From Planctomycetota bacterium (GTDB lineage: Bacteria > Planctomycetota > UBA1135 > UBA2386), in assembly GCA_046290465.1 (NCBI GenBank), contig JBKAGP010000001.1:128001-192000 (forward strand): DNA of 64,000 bases, written 5' to 3'. Both the position numbers and the translations under genes were made by a program. How positions within the stretch are numbered: position 1 is the first letter of the stretch; the number at the start of each line of letters is the position of its first letter. Positions 12,559 through 19,903 of the stretch are shown in pieces. The notes under the pieces are model-generated. The model did no database searches. It worked only from the letters and a program-made list of their open reading frames with translations, and was not told the origin of the DNA.

Positions 12559-13824
12559 ATGAACTCCGCCACCTCGATCGGGATCTCCAGCAGCGCGTCG
12601 CCGATGGCGCGCGTCGGGCGCCTGACGCCCCTGCCGGGCGTCGCGCTGCGTAGCCATCCGGACCGCGCCCAGTTACGCCAGTTCCTGAAGGAGCTGCGGC
12701 TGCCGCTGGCGGCGGGCCAGGCGATGCTCGATCTGGTCGAGGAGGCCGACGTGCCGGAGGCCGTGCGCATGGCGATGAACGCGGTGCGCAACCACAACGA
12801 GTACCTGCAGCAGTTCGTCAGCGACTACGCCGAGTTCGGCCGGCTCGAGCAGGACGCGGTGCAGCCGTCGCCCGTCGAGGTGGCGCTGCGTGCGTGGTTG
12901 GAGCAGGCGCTGCGCGACGAGGCTGACCGGGCCACCGAACTCGGCCTCGAGGTCGCGGTGACCTACCGCAGCTTCCTGCCCGACCGGGTCGTGTTCGACG
13001 CGGTGCTGGTCCGGCGTGCGATCGCGGCGGTGCTGCACGTCGCGATGCAGCGCGCGCTGCCGGGCCGCTTCGACGTCCGGATCAGCTACGAGGAGGCGCC
13101 GGGAGGCGACCGGCCGGCACAGCTGGTCGTCGAGGTCGCCACCCACGGCGGCGGCTTCGCGGAGATCGAACTCGGCTACGTGTTCGCGCCGTTCCACGTG
13201 CGCGACGCGGCGGCGAGGCCGCTGCTCGGCCTGACGCTCGCGCAGCGCCTGACCGAACTGCTCGGCGGCGAACTGCGCGTCGAGTCGCCGGGACGTTCGG
13301 TGTGCAGCTACCGCCTTGCGCTGCGCGCCGAGCCGAGCGAACGGGCGGTCTGGATCGACCCGACTGGTGACGGTGGCCACCTCGGCCTGGTCCGGCCCGG
13401 CAAGGTGCTGGTGGTCGGCAGCTGCGAGCGCAGCTTCGAACGGTGCCGGACGGCGCTGCAGCACGCCGGCTACCAGGTCGAACGCGCCGAGCGCGAAGAG
13501 TTGGTGCTGCCGCGCATCGATCGCACGCCGAACCGCTGGTGCGCGATCGTCGTCGACACGACCTGCCGTGGCGAACGGCTGGCGGGCTTCGCCGGGGCGA
13601 TCCGCGCGCTCGGCTTCGGCAACCGGCTGCTGTCGCTGTGCGACGACGAGGCCGTCGAAGCGCGCGCGAGCGGCGTCGACGAGGTGGTGCCGGCGCCGGG
13701 CGGCGCCATCGCGCAGCAGGCGCTGCTGGCGGCCCTGCAGGGAACCCTGCTGGGAACCCTGCTGGGACGCGCAGCTACAGCGACCGCAGGAACGCGACCA
13801 GCGCCTCCTGATCGCTCGCGCTGA
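12559..13824 (+). CDS. Degenerate hybrid histidine kinase/receiver protein (pseudokinase)
   Basis: HisKA-like FLKELRLPL (no His), F/G2-box remnants VFAPF..LGLTLAQRLTELLGGELRVESPG, and a C-terminal receiver-like fold (KVLVVG..AIVVDT). Confidence 0.7.
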   Translation: MNSATSIGISSSASPMARVGRLTPLPGVALRSHPDRAQLRQFLKELRLPLAAGQAMLDLVEEADVPEAVRMAMNAVRNHNEYLQQFVSDYAEFGRLEQDAVQPSPVEVALRAWLEQALRDEADRATELGLEVAVTYRSFLPDRVVFDAVLVRRAIAAVLHVAMQRALPGRFDVRISYEEAPGGDRPAQLVVEVATHGGGFAEIELGYVFAPFHVRDAAARPLLGLTLAQRLTELLGGELRVESPGRSVCSYRLALRAEPSERAVWIDPTGDGGHLGLVRPGKVLVVGSCERSFERCRTALQHAGYQVERAEREELVLPRIDRTPNRWCAIVVDTTCRGERLAGFAGAIRALGFGNRLLSLCDDEAVEARASGVDEVVPAPGGAIAQQALLAALQGTLLGTLLGRAATATAGTRPAPPDRSR

Positions 13825-14767
13825 GCGTCAGCGGCTTCATCTTGCGGTCGAGGTGGGCGTTGCGTTCGCCGCCGCGCGCGTAGAACGCGACCACCTCCTC
13901 GAGCGTGCGCAGCGACCCGTCGTGCATGTACGGCGCGGTCAGCCGCACCGAACGCAGCGTCGGCGTCTTCCAGCGACCGCGGTCGCGCTCGTCGTTGCTG
14001 ATCGCCGCGCGGCCCGGCTCGGCCTTGCCGTCGACGACCCCGATGCCGGTGTTGTGGAAGCGCTCGTCGGTGAACAGCGGCGGCGTGTGGCACTTCCAGC
14101 AGCCGCCCTTGCTCTCGAAGATCCACTGGCCGTGGCGTTCCTGGGCGTTCATCGCGTCGACCTCGCCGCGCAGGAAGCGATCGTACGGCGCGTCGCCGGT
14201 GACGATGCCGCGCACGAACGTCGCCAGCGCGCGCTGCAGGCCCTGACGGTCGGCCTCGCCGGCGAACGCGGCGGCGAACGCCTTCTGGTAGCCGGCGTCC
14301 TGCTTGAGGCGCGCCAGCGCGTCGTCGACCGACGAGCCCATCTCACGCGGATCGGCGATCGGCTCGAGCACGAACGCCTCGAGGGTCGGCGAGCCGCCGT
14401 CCCAGCGCTGCAGCGGCGCGTAGCCGCGGTTGAACAGCGTCGGCGCGTGCCGCACCGCGACCTGGCCGGCGACACCCGGAGGCTTCGCCGCCGGATGCGC
14501 GAAGCCGGTCGCGGCAGGGTGGCAGGTCGCGCACGAGACCGAGCCGTCGCGGCTCAGGATGCCGTCGTGGAACAGCTTGCGCCCGAGCTCGAACATCGCC
14601 TCGGTCGGCTGGTAGCCGACCGGCTTCGGCATCGGCGGCAGGCCCTTCGGCGGTGCCGTCAGGAACGAGAACGACGGCGCCGGCGGCGCCGGCCGCGCGG
14701 GCGCCGGCTGGTCCTGGGCCAGGACGCAGCCGAGCGCGAACGGGATGCATGGCAGCGGACGGATCAC
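13775..14767 (-). CDS. Di-heme cytochrome c peroxidase (CCP/MauG family)
   Basis: SCATCH and GCWKCH heme motifs; LGRKLFHD, RHAPTLFN and KTPTLR..TAPYMHDGS. Confidence 0.93.
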   Translation of the reverse strand: MIRPLPCIPFALGCVLAQDQPAPARPAPPAPSFSFLTAPPKGLPPMPKPVGYQPTEAMFELGRKLFHDGILSRDGSVSCATCHPAATGFAHPAAKPPGVAGQVAVRHAPTLFNRGYAPLQRWDGGSPTLEAFVLEPIADPREMGSSVDDALARLKQDAGYQKAFAAAFAGEADRQGLQRALATFVRGIVTGDAPYDRFLRGEVDAMNAQERHGQWIFESKGGCWKCHTPPLFTDERFHNTGIGVVDGKAEPGRAAISNDERDRGRWKTPTLRSVRLTAPYMHDGSLRTLEEVVAFYARGGERNAHLDRKMKPLTLSASDQEALVAFLRSL

Positions 14768-14782
14768 GCCCGCATGCTACTG

Positions 14783-15907
14783 CTAGTGGGCGCGGAAGGT
14801 CATCTGGGTGGCAGAACGGTACGTCTGCCCCGGCTCGAGCACCGTGTCGGGGAAGTTCGCGTGGTGGATCGCGTCCGGATGGTGCTGGGTCTCGAGGCAG
14901 ATCGCGCTGCGCTGCGGGTAGGTCCGGCCGCCCTTGCCGGTCTGGCCGAACAGGAAGTTGCCGGTGTAGACCTGCAGGCTCGGCTCGGTCGTCTCGATCA
15001 CCATCGAGCGGCCGGTCGGCTTGTGCTGCAGTTCGGCGACGCGGCGCATCGTGCCGGCTTCGCCGTCGAGCACCAGGTTGTGGTCGTAGCCCGCGGCCGG
15101 CGTGTCGACCAGGTGTTCGATCATCAGGCCGAGCGCGGTCGGCTGCTGGAAGTCGAGCGGCGTGCCGAGCACCGGCGCGATCTCGCCGGTCGGGATCAGC
15201 GTCGCGTCGGTGGGGGTGTAGCGCGCGGCGTCGACCTGCAGCGTGTGGTCGAGCACCGTTGCCGAGCCGGCGCCGCCGAGGTTCCAGTAGGCGTGGTTGG
15301 TCAGGTTGACCGGCGTGCGCTTGTCGGTGCGCGCTTCGTAGTCGATGCGCAGCCGGTCGTCGGCGTGCAGCGTGTAGGTCACCGCGATCGACAGCTCACC
15401 GGGGTAGCCCTCTTCGCCGTCGGGGCTCGTGTAGGTGAACCGCAGCGCCGGCGCGCCGTCGGCCGTCCTCTGGCGTTCGGCGTTCCAGGTGACCTTGTCG
15501 AGGCTGCGCTCGGCGCCGCCGTGCAGGTGGTTGGGGCCGTTGTTCTTGGCCAGCACGTAGTCGTAGCCGTCGAGCGAGAACTCGCCGTTCGCGATCCGGT
15601 TGCAGACGCGGCCGGTGGTGCAGCCGAAGTACTGGTTGCGGTCCGACTGGTAGCCGGCCACGTCGTCGAAGCCGAGGATCACGTCGCCCAGGAAGCCGGC
15701 GCGGTCGGGGACCCGCACGGCGACCAGGGTCGCGCCGTGGTCGGTGACATCGACCTCGACGTTGCCGTTGCGCAGCGTCCAGAGCGTCGCGGGGCGACCC
15801 TCCGAGTTGCTGCCGAAGTGACGGGACGTGATGGCGTTCTCGGGGAGTTCGGGCATCGACGAGCAGGCGGCGAGGAGGGCCAACGCCGCGAGGGTGGGAC
15901 GCGTCAT
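14783..15907 (-). CDS. galM: Aldose 1-epimerase (galactose mutarotase), predicted lipoprotein
   Basis: Start MTRPTLAALALLAAC (lipobox). GRVCNRI, NHLHGG, NLTNHAYWNL and ICLETQHHPDA motifs. Confidence 0.93.
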   Translation of the reverse strand: MTRPTLAALALLAACSSMPELPENAITSRHFGSNSEGRPATLWTLRNGNVEVDVTDHGATLVAVRVPDRAGFLGDVILGFDDVAGYQSDRNQYFGCTTGRVCNRIANGEFSLDGYDYVLAKNNGPNHLHGGAERSLDKVTWNAERQRTADGAPALRFTYTSPDGEEGYPGELSIAVTYTLHADDRLRIDYEARTDKRTPVNLTNHAYWNLGGAGSATVLDHTLQVDAARYTPTDATLIPTGEIAPVLGTPLDFQQPTALGLMIEHLVDTPAAGYDHNLVLDGEAGTMRRVAELQHKPTGRSMVIETTEPSLQVYTGNFLFGQTGKGGRTYPQRSAICLETQHHPDAIHHANFPDTVLEPGQTYRSATQMTFRAH

Positions 15908-15973
15908 AGCGACGCAGGCTAGCCCGCCGGCAGGGCCCATGCCAACGGCGCGTGGCCGTCGCGGCTGCGGGCC

Positions 15974-16012
15974 AAAAGAAAAGCCCCGCGGCCGTCTCGA
16001 GCCGCGGGGCTT
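15974..16012 (-). terminator. Intrinsic terminator, unit A
   Basis: 12-bp stem AAGCCCCGCGGC/GCCGCGGGGCTT followed by a T-tract on the minus strand. Confidence 0.85.
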
Positions 16013-16068
16013 CGTTCGTTCTGGTTCCCGACACCACACCGGGAACCACCCAAGTCTGCAACCATGCT
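15974..16068 (-). ncRNA. Candidate small RNA A (~95 nt)
   Basis: Lies between an ECF-type promoter (16073-16099) and terminator A. Internal hairpin GGTTCCC..GGGAACC is preceded by CTTGGGT, as in unit B. Confidence 0.55.
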
Positions 16069-16072
16069 CAGG

Positions 16073-16099
16073 AACGTGGGCACCAGGCCCCACGTTGCA
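16073..16099 (-). promoter_or_regulatory. ECF-sigma-type promoter, unit A
   Basis: TGCAAC-N17-CGTT on the minus strand. Confidence 0.65.
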
Positions 16100-16182
16100 C
16101 CATGTCTCTACGGCTTCGACGGGGTTGGCGGCTCGTCCTTTCGCATTCCTCGGTGGAACGGCTCCTGCCGACTGCCGGGGAC

Positions 16183-16368
16183 CTGATCACTTGGCTGTTG
16201 GTCCGCTGCGTGCCAAGGCAGCCACACCCCCCAGAGCCGCCGGCGAGGCCATGTTCGGGCCCTGCGGCGTCACCGGAGGGCCAGGCGGGGCGATTCCTCA
16301 CGAAATGCGGACCAGAGTCCCGATCACCCTGCCACGGTCGCCGCGGCGACCAACAACCAAGTGGTCAG
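16183..16368. ncRNA. Candidate structured RNA (~186 nt) closed by a long stem; identity unknown
   Basis: CTGATCACTTGGCTGTTGGTC pairs with GACCAACAACCAAGTGGTCAG, extended inward by CCGC.GCG..GGCAG/CTGCC..CGC.GCGG. Confidence 0.4.
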
Positions 16369-16406
16369 CTGCATCTGGTGCCGTGGGCCGTATCTGGGCG
16401 AGCCCG

Positions 16407-16447
16407 AAACGAAAAAGGCCCCGCGGCAGGACCGACTGCCGCGGGGC
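16407..16447 (-). terminator. Intrinsic terminator, unit B
   Basis: Stem GCCCCGCGGCAG/CTGCCGCGGGGC followed by CTTTTTCGTTT on the minus strand. Confidence 0.85.
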
Positions 16448-16500
16448 GAGGGCTCGACCTTGGCTCCCCCTCAGGAGCCACCCAAGGGATCGAGCAAGGG
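16407..16500 (-). ncRNA. Candidate small RNA B (~90 nt)
   Basis: Promoter at 16505-16530, nested hairpin GCTCGA..CCTTGG..GGCTCC-TGAGGG-GGAGCC..AAGG.TCGAGC, then terminator B. Confidence 0.55.
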
Positions 16501-16504
16501 TGGT

Positions 16505-16530
16505 AACGCCGGAGCGGCCGCCGTGTTGCA
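16505..16530 (-). promoter_or_regulatory. ECF-sigma-type promoter, unit B
   Basis: TGCAAC-N16-CGTT on the minus strand. Confidence 0.65.
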
Positions 16531-16551
16531 TGTCGCAGCGGTGTATCGGTC

Positions 16552-16589
16552 AAAAAACAAAGCCCCGCGGCTGTCCGACCGCGGGGCTT
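16552..16589 (-). terminator. Intrinsic terminator, unit C
   Basis: Stem AAGCCCCGCGG/CCGCGGGGCTT followed by TGTTTTTT on the minus strand. Confidence 0.85.
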
Positions 16590-16676
16590 CGTGCCCGGTC
16601 GGCGCCTCGTCCCAAAGGCGCCGCGGTTTCCTCTCGGGGGCTCCCCCTCAGGAGCCGCGCATCTGCGATGCACGGG
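16552..16676 (-). ncRNA. Candidate small RNA C (~125 nt)
   Basis: Promoter at 16681-16707. Contains the 18-nt hairpin identical to unit B (16639-16656), a GGCGCC hairpin, and terminator C. Confidence 0.55.
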
Positions 16677-16680
16677 GAGG

Positions 16681-16707
16681 AACGTCGGGCCGGTTGGCGG
16701 CGTTGCA
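16681..16707 (-). promoter_or_regulatory. ECF-sigma-type promoter, unit C
   Basis: TGCAAC-N17-CGTT on the minus strand. Confidence 0.65.
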
Positions 16708-16751
16708 GCCGGGCCCGGATTCGCGGCACGGGGGTGGCCTCAGCGGCGGCG

Positions 16752-17447
16752 CTACTTCGCCGGAACGAACAGCCGGACCTGCTCGAGCGCGACCTCGTCG
16801 AGGTGGCCGGTGCGGGCGTCTGCGATCGCGTGCAGGTGGCTCTGTCGGTTGTGGTGGGTCAGCTGGCCGGCGGCGTCCTCGACGTAGAAGCCGACCAGCG
16901 TCAGGTCGTCGGCCGGCCCGTCGTAGCGCCACGGCGACGGGCCGGTCGGGTTGGCGATCGGGCAGGCGCCGGCGATGACGTGCATCCGCAGGTTGCGGGC
17001 CCGGCCGGTCACTCGCACCGGCGTCGGCGCGAACGGGTCGACGCCGCGCTGGCGCAGCGCCTCGCCGATGCGCTGCTCGAGGGTCGCGTAGTCGGCGCAG
17101 TCGGGCAGCGGCAGCTCGGTCCACGCGGCGACCTCGCACGCGACCAGCAGGGTCGCACGCTCGCCGGGGCGGGCATCGCGCATCGCGACGTCGTCGCCGA
17201 CGCGTTCGGCGACCAGCGCGCGACCGTCGGCGATCGTCACCTCGCCGCGTAGCCCGGCGAGCGCGCCGACGCCGACCGCGGTCGGGGTCGCGACGTCGGT
17301 GAGCACCACCCGGCCTTCGTCGTTGCCGTTGCGCATCACGTCGCGCAGGCCGCCGAAGGTGCGCACGGGGCCGGTGGCGGGCGGCGCGGTGCAGCTCGCC
17401 AGCAGCAGCACGGCCAGCAGCGCGACCAGCATCGGAGCACGGTTCAT
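16752..17447 (-). CDS. Lipoprotein with alpha-acetolactate-decarboxylase-like fold
   Basis: Start MNRAPMLVALLAVLLLASC (lipobox). GVGALAGLRGEVTIADG and LVGFY..HLH..GHL resemble ALDC motifs. Confidence 0.65.
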   Translation of the reverse strand: MNRAPMLVALLAVLLLASCTAPPATGPVRTFGGLRDVMRNGNDEGRVVLTDVATPTAVGVGALAGLRGEVTIADGRALVAERVGDDVAMRDARPGERATLLVACEVAAWTELPLPDCADYATLEQRIGEALRQRGVDPFAPTPVRVTGRARNLRMHVIAGACPIANPTGPSPWRYDGPADDLTLVGFYVEDAAGQLTHHNRQSHLHAIADARTGHLDEVALEQVRLFVPAK

Positions 17448-17466
17448 GGCGACAGCGTAACCGGCG

Positions 17467-18990
17467 TCACGCGGCGCCGCGCGCGTGCGGCACCAGGATC
17501 TCGACCAGCGTCCAGCCGGCGACGTCGTTGGTCGCGGTGATCGTGCCGCCGTGGGCCTCGGCGACCCTTCGCGCGACCAGCAGGCCGAGGCCCGACGAGT
17601 CCGCCTGCGTGTCGCGACGGCTGACCTGGCCGAGGTCGACGTCGCCCTTGTCGCACGCAAAGCCGTCGCCGTCGTCGGCGACGTAGAGCCGCACGCCCTC
17701 GTCGACGACCTGCACGCCGATGCGCACCCGCGTGCGCGCGTGGCGGATCGCGTTGCTCAGCAGGTTCTCGCAGGCGCGCAGCAGCCGGTGGCCGTCGCCG
17801 GTGATCTCGCCGGGCTCGCCCTCGGACTCGACCTGCAGCGTGATGCCGTTGAGGTCGGCTTGCGGTCGCAGCGAACGGGCCGCATCGGCGACCAGTTCGA
17901 GCGGCGGGATCGGCTCGAGGTCGAGTTCGTCGCCGATCTCCAGGCGCGCGATCTCGAACAGGTCGTTGACGAACGAGCGCACCCGGCGCAGGTCGTGCCT
18001 GGCCAGCTCGAGCGCCTCGCGGGTCGCTTCGGAGGCGCCGTCGAGGTCGTTGCGGGCGCGGTCGAGGCAGACCGACAGCGACGTCAGCGGCGTGCGGATG
18101 TCGTGGCTGACCTGGGCGATCCATTCGCGCCGGTTCTGGTCCTGCTCGCGCAGGTTCTCGACCAGTTCGCCGATGCGCGTGCGCATGTCGTTGAGCGCCG
18201 CGGCCAGCAGCGAGATCTCGTCGCGGCCGCGCGCGGTGAACGGTCCCGGCAGGTCGGCGTCGGCGCTGGCTTCGACCTCGCGCGCCAGCGCGCGCAGCCG
18301 CCGCGTCACCAGGAACGACACCACGATGCCGAGCAGCAGCGCGGTGGCGACGGCGATGCCGACCATCACGGCGTTCGAGATCCGGCTGTACTGGAACCGC
18401 CGGGCCTCCTGCTCGGCGACCAGCTCGGGGCTCAGCGACAGGTCGGTGTCGGCGTCGAGGTCGAGCAGCGGCGCGTCGACGTAGAACTCGCTGGTGACGC
18501 GGTCGGCGTCGAGCGTGTAGACCATCGAGTTGACGAAGCCCTGCAGCGTCTCGTCCTCGTAGACCGGTCGCACGTAGCTGAACACCGTGCCGGCGACCTT
18601 GCCGCCGATCGCCAGCCGGTAGCGCGGCGCGGCGGTCAGGTCGGCGTCGTCGACGGCGGTCAGTTCGGGCGAGCGCGCGACGATGTCGCCGGTCAGGTCG
18701 AGCACGAACGCCAGCGTCTCGTTGGAGCGGCGCGCGTCGAAGTAGACCTGCAGCCGGTGGGCGATCGCCGGGTCCTGCTGGGCGTCGCGGTCGCGCATCA
18801 CCGCGACCAGCGAGTCGTGCGCCTGGTCGTCGGGGCTGACCGTCGGCGCCGGGATCGCGAACGTGTCGAACGCCCACGCCGTCAGCGTCGAACGCAGCCA
18901 GCCGAACGCCAGCATCACCAGGGCGGCGACCAGCGTCAGCTTGACGACCAGGCTGCCGAGCCGCGCTGCGCGACGGGGCCGCTGGCTCAC
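17467..18990 (-). CDS. Membrane sensor histidine kinase (HAMP-HisKA-HATPase)
   Basis: GTG start overlaps the regulator stop. Two TMs, GRDEI HAMP, SHDIRTPL, NLLSNAIRH, DDGDG and GLGL motifs. Confidence 0.93.
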   Translation of the reverse strand: MSQRPRRAARLGSLVVKLTLVAALVMLAFGWLRSTLTAWAFDTFAIPAPTVSPDDQAHDSLVAVMRDRDAQQDPAIAHRLQVYFDARRSNETLAFVLDLTGDIVARSPELTAVDDADLTAAPRYRLAIGGKVAGTVFSYVRPVYEDETLQGFVNSMVYTLDADRVTSEFYVDAPLLDLDADTDLSLSPELVAEQEARRFQYSRISNAVMVGIAVATALLLGIVVSFLVTRRLRALAREVEASADADLPGPFTARGRDEISLLAAALNDMRTRIGELVENLREQDQNRREWIAQVSHDIRTPLTSLSVCLDRARNDLDGASEATREALELARHDLRRVRSFVNDLFEIARLEIGDELDLEPIPPLELVADAARSLRPQADLNGITLQVESEGEPGEITGDGHRLLRACENLLSNAIRHARTRVRIGVQVVDEGVRLYVADDGDGFACDKGDVDLGQVSRRDTQADSSGLGLLVARRVAEAHGGTITATNDVAGWTLVEILVPHARGAA

Positions 18991-19691
18991 TGCGGTGCCT
19001 CCTCGTCGTTGAGCCGGTAGCCGACGCCCCAGACGGTCGCGATGAACTGCGCCGCCGCCGGGTTGTCCTCGATCTTGCGGCGCAGCTTGCGCACGTGCAG
19101 GTCGATCGTGCGCGAGTCGCCGACGCCGCCGCGCACGCCCCAGACGTGCTCGAGCAGCTGGTCGCGCGTCCACGCCTTGCCCGGGTTCTTCAGCAGGAAC
19201 AGCAGCAGGTCGAACTCGCGCGGCGCGAACTCGATCTTGCGGTCGCCGCGGCCGGCCTCGCGCGACTCGGCATCGGCCCACAGCTCGCGGCAGCGGTAGA
19301 GCTGCTGGGTCACCTGCTGGCGCGAGCGGCGCAGCACGCTGCGGATGCGGGCCAGCACCTCCTCGACCTCGAACGGCTTGACGACGTAGTCGTCGGCGCC
19401 GGCGTCGAGGCCGCGCACGCGATCCCGCGCCGCGTCGCGGGCGGTCAGCACGATGATCGGGGTGGCGACGCCGCGTTCGCGCAGCTGGCGGCAGAAGTCG
19501 AGGCCGTCGCCGTCGGGCAGGCCGAGGTCGAGCAGCACCAGGCTGTGGCGGGCTGCGTCGGCGTCGCGCGCCTGGCCGAGATCGGCCGCCTCCCGCACCT
19601 GCAGGCCTGCTTCGCAGAGCGCCGCCCGCAGCTCGTGCCGGACGCGCACGTCGTCTTCGACCAGCAGGATGGAGTCGGGATCACGGCTCAT
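18987..19691 (-). CDS. OmpR/PhoB-family response regulator
   Basis: ILLVEDD, LLDLGLPDGDG, GADDYVVKPF and IATVWGVGYR motifs. Confidence 0.95.
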   Translation of the reverse strand: MSRDPDSILLVEDDVRVRHELRAALCEAGLQVREAADLGQARDADAARHSLVLLDLGLPDGDGLDFCRQLRERGVATPIIVLTARDAARDRVRGLDAGADDYVVKPFEVEEVLARIRSVLRRSRQQVTQQLYRCRELWADAESREAGRGDRKIEFAPREFDLLLFLLKNPGKAWTRDQLLEHVWGVRGGVGDSRTIDLHVRKLRRKIEDNPAAAQFIATVWGVGYRLNDEEAPQ

Positions 19692-19903
19692 CGACGCGAA
19701 CAGTCTGGGCAGGCGGTTGTATCCGCGCCGTTTCCTTCCGGGCGGCGCTTTCCTGCCAGGCCGCGCTCGGGCCGGGCCTTCCGCCGCGATCTGCGCGAAT
19801 CTGGCGGAGGTTTCCATTTGGTAACAAAGGAGACGGCAGGATCTGGGCGTCGGCGATCCGATACCTTGGTCGTCCGTTTCTGAAACTCCTCCGAGGAACC
19901 TAC

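Noticed and set aside
13735..13770. 12-bp tandem repeat (GGGAACCCTGCT) and 50-bp convergent overlap with the peroxidase gene
   Set aside because: Most simply local slippage at a poorly constrained C-terminus.
15974..16707. CRISPR array or retron msr-msd interpretation of the repeats
   Set aside because: Spacing is irregular and the repeats are terminator-like; there are no cas genes or reverse transcriptase in the window.
15828..17252. ORFs crossing the sRNA island (15828-17252, 15952-16506, 16361-16978, etc.)
   Set aside because: No codon bias or motifs; they run through strong terminator hairpins and overlap real genes.
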